DNA of 62,215 bases, filler included, from Dugesia japonica (Eukaryota): the NCBI GenBank assembly GCA_001938525.1. It is 5 parts of 5 records of this genome, joined end to end, with 100 filler letters (N's around TTAATTAATTAA, not from the genome) between each part and the next. Parts side by side here need not be neighbours in the genome. Positions count along the whole stretch, not along the records: positions 13,097 to 25,376 come from MQRL01641003.1; positions 25,477 to 40,269 come from MQRL01609656.1; 3 more parts are not named here. One strand, given 5' to 3'. The notes under the pieces were generated by a model. That model searched no databases. It was not told the DNA's origin and saw only the letters and a list, made by a program, of their open reading frames with translations. The translations under genes were made by a program, and so were the position numbers. Each line of letters opens with the position of its first letter. Within the stretch, counting starts at the first letter, position 1. Positions 23,191-36,107 of the stretch are shown here, piece after piece.

Positions 23191-25070
23191 TAATTTAACA
23201 AGTGTACATAAATAAATATTAAAATTATATTTTACTCATAAAAATACCTTAAATGACGAAGTATAAATAATCAAACTTTATTTTAAAATGACATATTTTA
23301 TCAAAGTTTACATCAAGTTACGTTAAATGATTAACAATGTGAACAATGCTAATTAACAATGCTTGTTAATATCTTTTGTTAGATTAATAATGAGCTGCAA
23401 AATGATTGAGATAAATTTCTATATGATGTTCCTTCAAATTACAAAAAACACCATGTAGGTAGCTTTCTATTGGTCAAACTTCTGCAACTTGTATCTCTGT
23501 ATTTCAAGATTTTCAATCAACAATTTCTGATCATAATTCTCTGATTTTAGAGTGATTTCCTAATTTCTATTAATTACCATATAATTACCATATAACTATG
23601 TAAGGCCTTAAAATACTTTTGGGGGCGTAATTCTTCACTATTATAAATATTTGTTCTTTTATAGTTTTCTATATTTTTTTAATGATTTTATTATTGATTC
23701 TCTTTCTATTAAGATTTGGACTTTTTAATTATTGATTAAATACTCTTCCTCGCCTTATTTTACTTTCATTAATCCTGAAAAATTATAATCAAAGTTAGTC
23801 TAGTTATTTAAAATTATTTTTTGAGATTTTGGTTAAGATTATTTTAAAGATAAAATAAGATAAAGAATAGAAGTAGATTCACGGGAAGAAGATTTTGATT
23901 TAGATTTAGTTGATAGCAATTTAGGTTTTGTTTTCCTTAATTTTATGAGGAGATAATGGTAAGGGTGATAAACTACTTGGTTCACTTTCATCAAAAAAAG
24001 ATTTTTTAACATCATCATTAATCTATTTTATTTTCTTCTTAATTATTAATTACATGTTCATTTCTTTGTTTTTCTGATCTAAATTTAAATTAATTTTGTT
24101 GTTTTTTCTTTCATTAATTAATTCCTTTAATTTATTTTCTTTTCCTGCCATTATTATTTCAATATGATTTTCTTAATTTTGGCTAACGAACTAATTGTTA
24201 TTCATTATTTTCTTCATCTGGCTGATAACTTCTATTACTTCTTTCCTCCTTATTTCTGAGTTGTTTCTTGCTGTAAATTTAGATTTTTGCCGGTTATAAT
24301 GTTGGTTTTAACTAGCAACCTTTGTTTTTTTTAATTATTTCTTTCCTTAAATGAATTGTAACTTTCTTTTGTCCGGATTCTTTGTTTCTCCATTTGGTGA
24401 CTATCTTTTTATTTCGGCTTTACCTACTGCCATTTTTATTTCCCGTACCCAGTGTTTCACCCCAACAAATGTACTGTTTAATTAATATTTGATTATTTAA
24501 CCTGTTCTAAATTTTCACTTGTAATTTTGATTAATTTAATTATTGTTTAATTTACAATAGGAATAAAAAGATAAAATAATTTTTAAAAACTTGAAAAATT
24601 TAAACAAATTTACTTTTTCTATGAATTTCCGTAAAACTTCAACCCAAATTGACCATCCTGAATAAATGATAGACCAAAACGCCTAAAAATTACTTAAACT
24701 AACCAATCCATAGGAAAAAATTGACAAAATTCACCTGAACCAACCAAAGATTGGACCAATTCACCCAAAAATTACCCAAACCGAGTAATCTCGATGATAT
24801 ATTGGACCGAATCCACCTGAACCAACAAAAAGTTGATTATATTCGACCTCACCGAGTAAATTCCCAACCAAATTCACCTAAAACCAATCAAAAATTGATC
24901 TCATTCGACCTCACCGAATAAATTCCCAACTAAAAAGCCTAAAAAATATTACCGCTTAATAAGTCTTATTAGTATCGAGAACTAAATCCAAATAATTAAA
25001 ATTGTATTATAAAAGTAGGTAGATCTTAGCGCACATCACCCCCAACCCCCCACCAGGGGGAGGAGGGGTA

Positions 25071-25210
25071 GTGGTGTGATTTTAGATTATTGATTAGTGG
25101 TGTGACTTTAGATTATTTATTAGTGGTGTGATTTTAGATTATTGATTAGTGGTGTGATTTTAGATTATTTATTAGTGGTGTGATTTTAGATTATTGATTA
25201 GTGGTCTGAT
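25071..25210 (+). repeat. 26-bp minisatellite (GTGGTGTGATTTTAGATTATT[G/T]ATTA) x5+
   Basis: Units start at 25071, 25097, 25123, 25149 and 25175 with a partial unit at 25201; G/T alternates between successive units. Confidence 0.92.
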
Positions 25211-25376
25211 TTTTGATCGGATGAAATTTTTGATCGGAAAAAATTTTTTGATCGGATCAGAAAAATTTTTTTTTAAATTAATAGAAAAATATTTTTGTTT
25301 TCATGGTGATTTTTTCTTAAAATTTTTTTTGGTGGGAAATTCAAAAAAATATTTTTGGTGGGAAATTTAAAAAAAA

Positions 25377-25476
25377 NNNNNNNNNNNNNNNNNNNNNNNN
25401 NNNNNNNNNNNNNNNNNNNNTTAATTAATTAANNNNNNNNNNNNNNNNNNNNNNNNNNNNNNNNNNNNNNNNNNNN
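25377..25476. other. Artificial contig linker
   Basis: TTAATTAATTAA at 25421-25432 between 44-N blocks. Confidence 0.97.
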
Positions 25477-27314
25477 ATAATGTTTCTTCTACTACGCGAC
25501 GCATCATTAAAACACAATGTAACTAAGTAGCAGTCATGACGAGACCTAATCGTCATACGCTTTTGGGATTAGAATTTTATGACGAGACATACTCGTTATA
25601 CACAGGGAATAGGTTAATAAAACTTTAAGCAAATATATGAAAACATATTTGGATTTCTCAGACTGTAAACAATTGATGACTAACTTGTTGATCATTTGAA
25701 GTGTGAAATAACTATTTGCAAACTCTAATTATATTTGAAGATATAATTTTTTCAAATATTCATAAGTTCTTTAGCTACTTTTATTTCAATTTTGAAAATG
25801 TGTTTAAATCAAATAGCCTTGTATTTTCACGTTCAATTAATTTGAATATTTAAAATATACAAAAAATATTACTGTAAAATCTGTCTACATCATTTCAGTT
25901 TATTTTATGTATGTCTCAATGGGAAATGTCATATCGTGTATATTGACAGTTGAACATTAAGTAAATGAGAGACACCATGCAATTGGGTAAGGTGTGCCAG
26001 GATACTAATTAGAAGCTGATTCATCATATATTATTGTCCACTAGCATTTAGGATTTGGCACTGATTGAGGATGCGTGTGTGTAATTACACACTGATTTCT
26101 CTTCAGGTTAATGACTATTGTAATTAGAATTAGTAATACTTGACGACTACGCTTTAGTGATCCGAATCTGATCTATCAATCAAATACTTGTTGGATTTAA
26201 CAGTTTACTTTCTTTGACTGCTAATTATCTTATGGTTCTTCTTTATTTATGTAGAATAATAAAATTAATAAATAGTAATAAAATTAAAATTTTACATTTA
26301 ATATTTGTACTTTATTAAATAGATGTCCAAACTCGTTAAAAATTTGCATTAATTTGCAAAAATCCAATAGGTCGAACTGTATAAAATAAACAGATTGTAT
26401 TGATCTAAATTATTTTATCAATGTTTTAATAATAATAATAATTTTTAAAATTTATTTGGATACCAATCAATGGAGATTTAATTAAATTAGTTATTATTAA
26501 TTAATTGAATTATTATTAAAAAAATTAAAATTAGTAGAAATATATGTATATTTTAAACTTATTAGATAAGGTTAATTTTATTAAATAATTACTATCGAAG
26601 GTATATATTTAAAAATGGAAATGAGAAATGTATTCAGAAAATATTGTGTTAAAGGTTTTTTAAATTTAAATTTATGAAAGAATATAAATCATGTGCATTT
26701 TAAATATTAACCCATATTTCATATGGAAAAAAATAAATATTATATATATANNNNNNNNNNNNNNNNNNNNNNNNNNNNNNNNNNNNNNNNNNNNNNNNNN
26801 NNNNNNNNNNNNNNNNNNNNNNTGTCTTATTTAAGCGTTTTTTAAAATTCTCCCTTACTTTAACTTCTTAAATTAATCTAAATGCACATTTAATTCCTGT
26901 AAATTAGTTTTGTGATTAATTTTTTAGTGTTAAATATATTTTGATTCTAATCAAAAATAACATGAGCATAATGAGATCAATGTTGTCATATTAACAAGTT
27001 ATTTTGCAAATGAGTATTTCACTTAGATACTTTTCGATTACATTTTTTCGTCTTTAATTTTCAGTGTAATTGGAATCAACAAATTTTGTAAATTTTATCC
27101 AAAAAATGTTACATATTAGGTCATNNNNNNNNNNNNNNNNNNNNNNNNNNNNNNNNNNNNNNNNNNNNNNNNNNNNNNNNNNNNNNNNNNNNNNNNNNNN
27201 NNNNNNNNNNNNNNNNNNNNNNNNNNNNNNNNNNNNNNNNNNNNNNNNNNNNNNTTTTTCAGAATTCATTAAAATAAATGCTTCGATCAAAAGTATTTTT
27301 TTGGTTTTTGATAA

Positions 27315-27353
27315 AAATTCTATATTTCGACTTTGTCTTCGTTAGGAATTGAC
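27315..27353 (-). ncRNA. Minimal type I hammerhead ribozyme (one core mismatch) within a Penelope-like terminal repeat
   Basis: Minus strand reads GUCAAUUC-CUAACGA-AGACAAAGUC-GAAA-UAUA-GAAUU. The second copy (28074-28102) has AUGACGA, so the consensus core is CUGACGA...GAAA with stem I CAAUUC/GAAUUG and stem II GAC/GUC. Confidence 0.6.
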
Positions 27354-27967
27354 TTTTTTCTATAATCGTTTCATTAATTTTTATTAATAAAAATAATTAG
27401 TAATTAACTTTGTAAAATTTATACATTGTGGTTATTAAATAGGTGAAATCAGTTTTCTAAAATTTATTCTAAAAATATGACGTCTAAAATTATAATATTT
27501 AAATTGAAATAAACTTGTTATTAAAACAAACATAGACAACTAAAATAATATAAAATTTTCAATTGAATTTAATGACTACGTAAAAAGAACCCACTTTTTA
27601 AATTATACTTTTAAAATAAAAATTAAATAATTTGTTTAGGAAAATAAGAAATCGATTTTCATTTTTATTTAAATTAAATGGTATATTTCATGTATGAATT
27701 CACATTTTTTGAAAGCATTCATTAGCTTGAAATTATTTGGTGTAAGTAACTACATTGACAACGATTTGTGTTTTAGTGTTAAGAATTTTTTAAACATTCC
27801 TTTTTGAAATATTTTGACAAGTAAAGCTAATAATGACTTTACGGATATTAATATAATTTATAGTATTTGGTATATTTTTTAATATTTTAATGTTAAATTG
27901 AATTTTGTACTTTTATTTGAAATAAAATTTAATCGTAAGTTAGGAAAAAAGGGTTAAAATATATCAC

Positions 27968-28008
<41 letters not shown>

Positions 28009-28281
28009 GAATTCATTTAAAATAAAAGCTTCGATCAAAATTTGTTTTATTGGTTTTNNNNNNNNNNNNNNNNTTTCGACTTTATCTTCGTCATGAATTG
28101 ACTTTGAAAAAGTCGAAATATAGAATTGTTATCAAAAACCAAAAAACCAAATTTTGATCGAAGCTATTATTTTAAATGAATTCTGATAAACGGTCAATGG
28201 TTACGTCCAACAATTATTCTCCCAATAATTGCAATTGTAAAATTATTATTTTTATTATTATTTTTATTATTATTATTATTA

Positions 28282-28319
<38 letters not shown>

Positions 28320-28320
28320 T
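27968..28320 (+). repeat. Fold-back Penelope-like repeat (28008-28240) with hammerhead core, embedded between (ATT)n microsatellites
   Basis: Inverted arms span 28008-28184; conserved tail 28185-28240; (ATT)n at 27968-28007 and 28242-28318. Confidence 0.8.
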
Positions 28321-28323
28321 TAG

Positions 28324-31300
28324 AACCCTTAAGATCTTTACCAAGAGAAATGTCAGTCAAATATGTGAAAGAACCTGCAAATTATTTAGTAAACAGTTCA
28401 GAAACTTTATTAAAAGATCGAAACCTAGTGAACAGTAATTTTAAAAAGTCACACATGTCTTCAAAACAAGTGCCATCCGATAAACCGCCTAATGACAGTA
28501 TAGGAAATTTTAGTAGTGGTCCTCTTGCTATTGTGAGAGGCATTGAAAACCGGGTAATATTATTTTTCAATATTTTAATCAATAAAACACATTTTCAAAT
28601 AATCTTATTTAATAATGGCATTTCAATAAAATTTAAAATTTGTTAGTAAATTGTGATAATAATTTTATTACATAAAGATTCTTTGATTTTCTGTATTTTT
28701 ATCAGTTTTGGTTTTCATATAATTTTTAAATTTTTCTTTAATTCATTTTATTACACGTAATTTTTTAAATTTAAATTTAGCCACATAAATTTGTTTCATT
28801 GTTATTTATATTTAGCATTAATTTACATATATTCTTATATTTAATTGTTATTTTTTATTTTTTATTTTCAACTTTAAATATTAAAAATTATTTATCTTTG
28901 AGCCATTTATTTTGGAAATAGCATAAGTCACTTTATCAGACCAATCAAATTAATGCTAACATAAATTACAATTTAACGGTGTCTCTTCATTTAAATTTGA
29001 AAAAAATTAGTATTCTAAGATAACAAATATAATTAAATCTTCTTGAAAGTTGTCATCAATGTTTTTTTAAAATGTTAATGATCATTTCGGAATAAATGGC
29101 AAATTTATGTTTCATTTGGAATAATATCGGTTTCAATCTTTTAGTAAATATAATTAATTATTGCAGAAGCCTAAATAAATAAATTTTCTTAATAGGTAAT
29201 ATATTTATTTAATAAACAATTTATGACCAATCATAATTTTATTTTCCAGAAAATGAGATCTTTGATCTTTAATCACTTGTTTAATGTTTTATTTAATTAC
29301 TTTCTCGTCGAATTAATCTTTAATAAAATTTTGTCGACAGTAATTTTCATATAGAATTTTCAATTATTATTTTCTCTTCTTGAGTTAATAAAGAAATTTG
29401 TATTAGAAAAAATATTTTATGTTCTTTATTCATAACAAAAGTCCAATAGTTTATAGAAGACATAAAATGAAATTCAATTTAAAAACTACTTTTAGTTTCA
29501 TACTTTCTATGTTGAAAATTTTATTCATTCACTTTCTTAATTTGAAATTTATAAAAATTATTTTCTTCTTTGAAACCATTATAAAAAAATAATGTTTTTA
29601 ATGAATGAAATTTATTTTTATGGTTTATATTAAACAATTATTGTATTATTATTATTATTTAAGAAGCTATAAATTAGAAAAAACCAATGTTGTTTGATTA
29701 TTTATTATTAATAGTATTATATTTTATTGAAAATTTATAAATTTCAAATCAATAAAACTCAATAATTATTAGAGAAATAAATATAGTAATAAAAATTGTT
29801 CTTAATTAATTATTTTNNNNNNNTATTATTTGTTTCGTGTAATATTTTGGAAATTGTATGCATGTTATTCAAACATACCAACATTTAAAATTTTTTTTCA
29901 TTTTTATGTTGAGAAAATATATTTTATTATAAGTGATAATATATAATATTACGATTAATTAATATTATATTTATAATTGAACTTTCATAATTATTCATTG
30001 AAAGTATTTAGTCAAAAAATTATTGTCAATTAATTATTTTTAATTGAGAGTGAATACAGTATTTTATTTCTAATTAAATAATTAAAAATTATTGAAAAGT
30101 GTATTTTTATGCAATATTTAAATTAGTTTATTTGTTTATGAAACGAAACAATACAAAGCATAAGATAGTGCAAATTTTAATATATTTTTAATTATCATAA
30201 TATTAGTTTATTAAATATTCTTTTTTTGCCAGTGATGTAGCGAGTATAACTGGCGGCCGGGGCACATTCTTNTTGACGTCCACAACACCCCATCCCCGAA
30301 AACATATAGTAATGTAATATATAGCAGTGGTTCCCTTGCCAAAAAAGCTATTAAATTATTAATATTTTTTGAATGCAGGATGGGGTATAATGTACCTCAT
30401 TCCTTACACTCGCTACACCACTGTTTTCTGCTCTTTTTTATTACTGATATCATATTCTTTTTGATATTTTATAATTAAAAATCAGTCAATACAACTTAAG
30501 TATCAGAATNCATTCTCAGTATCAGGTTATAAATAAAAATTAATTAAGTCAATAAAATTACCGAGAAATCAATAAACTATAAATTCGATTATATAAAATC
30601 ATTACTGGAAAAAATTACATCTTAGAATTATATTTTCCAGAAAAACCCCCAAAATTCAACAATTGAGGTTCAATTACAAAATAATACAATTAGAAACTAT
30701 ACATATCCCGAAGTCAAAAAAAAATAATATTTTAAAACAATTTTCTCTTTAATATTAAAAGAAATTACATTTATTAAAACACTTATCTATTATTTATATA
30801 AACATCTTTTTACATTTATTAAAATGGCATGTCTTCAACATTCAATGTATTTGTAATTTGTTCTTGATTACCGGCAATGAATTTAGAACTTGTAACCGCT
30901 GATTTACTTCGAAAATTATAAAGGTTAGATTTTATTGTGAATATCTCCAACAGGGTTTAACAATTCAACTGAAATATTCATTAACTATTTGTTAAGCGGT
31001 TTAAAAATCTCATTCGCTTCTGATTCTTTCTAATTCTTCTTAAATTTCGTTGAATTCTTCTGGATTGATTTCTTTTAAGTGATTTGTAATTTTGTCTTTA
31101 TGTGTGTCCCAGATTCTGCAATAATTCTCTGATTTTTTTTTATTCTCTTGACTTAATTTCGATTATTTCTGTCAAAAATCTTTAATGCTTTCTAATGTTG
31201 TACTCCATTATAATTTTATTTAACAAAAATTATTTCATTAATTATTATTGAATTTTTCTTATTATTATTATTATCAATTTAATATCATATATTATTTGAA

Positions 31301-32100
31301 TAATAAATTAACCTTATTATATTATAATCATATTTATAAAAGCGGGTCAATTCAAAAATAAACAAACAATCTAATATCTCAATTTATTCAGAACGTATTA
31401 TTTGAATTCATTATTTTCATAATTATCATCAAAAGCTATGTAAATCGGTAATATTGTGTTAATCAATAACGGGAAACAATTGATTTGTTATAAGAGAAAT
31501 AATTATAAGAGTAATTATCACTCGAATCATAAAAGGTTTCTTTTAATTTAAGCAAAATTTCTGAAAAATCTTTTGCAAATAATCTGTCAACAGTTTATCA
31601 TGTAACGGAACTTGTTTGATTTAGATATTTTTTACATATTGTATAATTTTTGATAAATTAAGGAAAAACTAAATAATAATTCGGATTTTCGTTGTTGAAT
31701 ATCTTTATTGAGAATTTATATTAATCACAGTTATGATTCATTCATTCAATGACTCATTTCACCTGCCTGACACAGTTTTCGTTGATATTGTATTTGAATA
31801 AAATCGATTTTTTTAAACAATCAAGAAAATAATCATAATTTTTTATAAATAATTCAGAATTCTGGTGGATCAAGCAGTGTAGCTACTCCTAATAGTCCAC
31901 AACAGTCACCTTTATCGCTTTGTTCTAGTTCTGGGGGGAAGTCATCTGACGAACAGTTATATGAAGATGGGCTTAGTGAGGAAGAACTACGACAAATAGC
32001 TGTTCGACAACAGAGACAAATCCAATTACAACTTGATGAAATACGTCAAAAACAACAGCAAATTAATAAGCTAAAACAACAATTTGAAAAATCTGCAAAG
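28324..32100 (+). CDS. Two internal exons of a probable ASPP (apoptosis-stimulating p53 protein / PPP1R13) family gene
   Basis: Exons 28324-28553 and 31858-32100 have AG/GT borders and compatible phase 0. The second encodes LSEEELRQIAVRQQRQIQLQLDEIRQKQQQINKLKQQF, resembling the ASPP coiled coil (LTLSELQ.MA.RQQQQIE.QQQ.L..KEQRL..LKQQ). Exon status is more certain than the family call. Confidence 0.6.
30230..30423. mobile_element. hAT-type MITE
   Basis: TIRs CAGTGATGTAGCGAG / CTCGCTACACCACTG; 8-bp TSD ttttttgc / ttttctgc. Confidence 0.8.
30790..31208 (-). pseudogene. Short intronless decayed ORF (MEYNIRKH...), virus/Polinton-like, inside a host intron
   Basis: taaaattataATG start, Lys/Glu-rich frame with scattered stops, AATAAA near the end. 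Confidence 0.3.
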
Positions 32101-32608
32101 GTGACATGTTATTTTATTAATTCTTGGTTTTTTAAAATTTGATACCAGTAGGGAATTTGTACTAAATTTTATTTAATACAAAAGAAAATGATTCATTGAT
32201 GATATTTCTCGATTATCTTATAGGTCCGACATTTAATGCAAAATCTTGCAGAGAAAAAAAATGTAAAATGAATCACTCTATTGGTTTTATTATCTAGTTC
32301 AATTTTGAAACTAATGAATTAGATTCTTATAGAATGAGTCATGTTGGACTAATAAATTATGATAGAAATTCTATTTTATCATCATAGAAATAAGTAATTC
32401 CATTTGAAATTTTGAGTAGGAGAACTGATTGATTTACACGAAAATATCGTTAATTGCAGAGAAATGATTTGGAAATATTTAGGCAGTTAATTTAATGAAT
32501 TGATAATTATTATTTGAAAATCGAATTTAGAAGTTTTTTTAATATCAGTTTAATAATTCTGCTAAATCGTATCGTTAAAATTGAATTGAATGTCCTCTTT
32601 ATTATAGT

Positions 32609-33896
32609 CAGTGGCGTAGTGAGCATAACTGGCACCCGGGGCACAATACATTTTTGGCGCCCCCATCCCGAAAAACATTAATATAATATATAACAGTAGT
32701 TCCCAAACTTTATCGGTGTCAATATAGGAGTATTGTGCCCGTGAATAATATATTTCTCTGTATGTAGTACAATATTTTGGTTTTATGTTATAATATAATC
32801 ATATTTGGATTCATAAAATAAGCCTAGTGGGATGTCATAGTTTGATATTTATTATTTCAGTCTTATTTATGTATAATAGTCATAGTTGAGTTCACTATTT
32901 TGCTTTTCCTAGTTTCAATTATATTATGTAAAACATAGGTCTAATTTAATCCATAAAATTTTCTTTTAATCATGTAGTAAAGATTGAGAGACTAATTGAT
33001 ATCGATTTAACCTTAAGTGAAGACCAGTAAAGCATTAAAAACCCATGGAAGTTGAGGAGTCCAAGCAGGTTCAGCGGTGGAAATTGAAATCCGTTCGTTT
33101 GATTAAAGAAACCACGACCCTACGCCAACAGAACAATCAATTGTTTGCGAATATACTTGTACGAGAGAAGGAATTAAATATAAGGATGACTGGTCGGATG
33201 TTGGCGGATGTAGGGACAACTTAGTCGCCAGTATGTGTAGCCTATGTAGGAGTCGTGCAGACCAATGGGTGCAAGCGTAGACAGCCCGCGGAAGTAATCG
33301 TCCTGAATAATTTAAGCCAGAATTACAGGATCAAGACAACGGAGAGTATGTGAGTAGATTCAGGGGTTACAACTGACATTTTTCATAATTCCTGTTTGTA
33401 TCATGTGCATGCTTTGGTTAGAAATTAAATGTATAGTATAAATTGAGTTTGGGAACTGAATANNNNNNNNNNNNNNNNNNNNNNNNNNNNNNNNNNNNNN
33501 NNNNNNNNNNNNNNNNNNNNNNNNNNNNNACCAATTGGATTTGGTAAATGTGTCAGCACAGTAGGTGCACAAATCCTGTGGCTTCTACGTCATTTCCTAG
33601 ACTAGAACAACCACAACGACAAGTTTTGGGGGAAGTATTCCATACGATCTCCACGAGTAATAATAAAGGATTATAAGCTCTAACACCCAAAGCCTAGAAG
33701 CCAAACAGTTGTATAAATTATTAGTGCTTTTAGAAAATTCAATTATATTATTATACAGTCATTCCCAAACGTTGTCAGTCGCATATCCTTGGCCCAAAAA
33801 AACTTNAATTTTTTTAACGCAGTAAATCTTGTTCGTTTTGAAGGCCATTCAGCGCTCCTCATAATAGACCCCGTTCCTTCCCTTGCTACGCCACTG
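32609..33896. mobile_element. Non-autonomous hAT element with nested inserts
   Basis: TIRs CAGTGGCGTAG / CTACGCCACTG; perfect 8-bp TSD ATTATAGT (32601-32608, 33897-33904); left end homologous to the 30230 MITE; internal CAGT..TTCCCAAAC ends at 32694 and 33756. Confidence 0.88.
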
Positions 33897-34970
33897 ATTA
33901 TAGTAACAATTTTTATATAGTTTAGGAATAATATGTATTAGGTATTATAGTTCTTTTGTAATTGGATATATTGAATGATGTAGAATATTTTCTGAAATCT
34001 TTGTTTTAAAAGTTTTACTTTATTTGATTTATATAAAACAAACCAAAATTTGAAGTTAAACAATTAATAATATTAAATATAAATAATTAAATTTTTTTAA
34101 AACTCAATAAAGAATTATGTTAAAATATTAAATCATAATTAAAATGAAATATATTATTTTGATACTAAATTAGAAAACTTATTATTTAATTAATATTCTT
34201 ATCAGTTTTATCAAAAATATATTAATTTTAAATTGATTAATTTTAATTAAAATTATGGCAATATTTTGAAATGCTTAATATATTAATATACATTTAAGTA
34301 TTTTTATAAAACTTGGATACACAATATTTTTATTTATTCGAATATTGTACTTTTACAACAAAATGATAATATTTAAACATATTCGGATCACTTAATTGTG
34401 TTAAAATAAGTCAGAATCGTATTCGTCAAATAACTTGTAAATATATACAAGTAAATATATCATTCGTTTATTTTTCATTTTAAATTAATTACTGAATTAG
34501 TTTCTTAATATTTTTAAAAAAATATCTTGGTAATATAAAATCTCAGAGTGATTGTATAATTATTCAAAAATCATATACTGCTAAAATTTTCTTCGTGAAT
34601 TGCCAACTGAGAAAAGTTGTTTTATTGACCATAAACGGTTTTATTACATTCTATTTGGTCGTTACAAAATTTACGTTTCATAAAAGTGATACTAATTTTA
34701 TCATATATTTTATATTTTGAGTGACCTTGATTGTTAAAATTAATTTTCATATGATTTTCAATTTAATAATTTCAAAAAATAATAAAATATCATATTTACT
34801 TTTATTTACAATCCTCTACTTCTTAAAAGGATGTCATTAGAAGTTTTAGGTTCTTCAAATATTTATCATTTTAAAAACGATAAGAATGTATTAAATCGAA
34901 TAAAATATATTTGTAAAATCAGCACATGGTCATGATTAAAATGATTTCTTTCCCTTTCAAATAATAAATA

Positions 34971-36107
34971 TTGTGTCATTCGGAAGTAATGTGGGATTTC
35001 GAAACCAAACTTTAAACTTTCTTAACTGAGTCCATTACAAATGTTTTCTTAAAATTAAGTACCATTGGAATCTATGGATTGTTGCAAACGTGATAAAAGT
35101 TTATTGATACCCATTTGAAATAAATCTGGATTTTTGGAGTTAATGAAATCTTTGAATGCTGTTTCGATATCGCACTGATTTTTAACACTTTATTCTTCAA
35201 GAAGTGATCAAGATGTTTAAAGAAATAGAAATTTGCGAGTCATGCCCGGTGAGCATGGTGGTGAGCAATAGTTTCATATCCTATCTTATGTTGTTTTTGT
35301 ACGACTATTCATGAAACATAGTATGTGCGTTGTTGTAAAGGAACATTGGACCCTTGGATTGACTTAAACCGACTTTTTTGTACCATTTTTTACATTTCCT
35401 TCAACTGCTCACAGTACGATGTCGCAGTGATTGTATCGCTAGTCTGGGTGTAAGAAAAGTGATTAACTCTCATGGTAGACATAGACTTCAGATGGAGCTT
35501 CGTTTTTTGGAACTGTTTAGGTGACTTATCAACTGATAACTATTGTGCATAACTTTTGCAGTTATCATTTTTCACTTTTCATCAGAAATAATGGGATCGG
35601 TGGAATATATTCTGAGAGATTTTGGTATCTTCAGTCTCCTTTTCATGTGGATTTCAGTAAGATCATGCAGCATCCACTTATCCAGTTTCTTGACTTTGCC
35701 GATCAGCTTCAGATATTTGAAGGTAGTTGATTGATAAACATGCATATTTGTCGCTATCTCTGACAAACTTTGCCCTGAGCCCTCCCGGAGTATTTGTTTT
35801 AAAACATCGTCATCTACAGCAGAATGTCGCCAGGTTGTTTCTTTATCTTTAAGAGACTCATTTCCACTTCGGAACTTCTAGAACCAGCTCTGCATGGAAC
35901 ACTAAACTCCATCTTTGTTTATATTTTCTGTTGCATTGTGACCAAGTTTAAATTCATGAAATTTCTTTGCAAAACCTTTGCAATATATAGAAAACATAGT
36001 TCTTAATTATATTAACATAAAAAATCGATTGGAAATATTTATGCTTTATAGATATTCTTGGAAATCTGGTCTATTGAAAAATTCGCAATTACTTTCGAAT
36101 GACCTAA
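34971..36107 (-). mobile_element. Mariner element, decayed
   Basis: About 28-bp imperfect TIRs (TTGTGTCATTCGGAAGTAAT / ATTACTTTCGAATGACCTAA), TA flanks, transposase remnants LKLIGKVKKLDKWMLHDL (WVPHEL-like) and ISDEK. Confidence 0.9.

Noticed and set aside
25071-25210. CRISPR-like array
   Set aside because: Units are directly adjacent with no unique spacers; no cas genes; eukaryotic context.
28176-28323. Poly-Ile transmembrane segment in ORF 28176-28646
   Set aside because: It is an intronic (ATT)n microsatellite; the real exon starts at the AG at 28322-28323.
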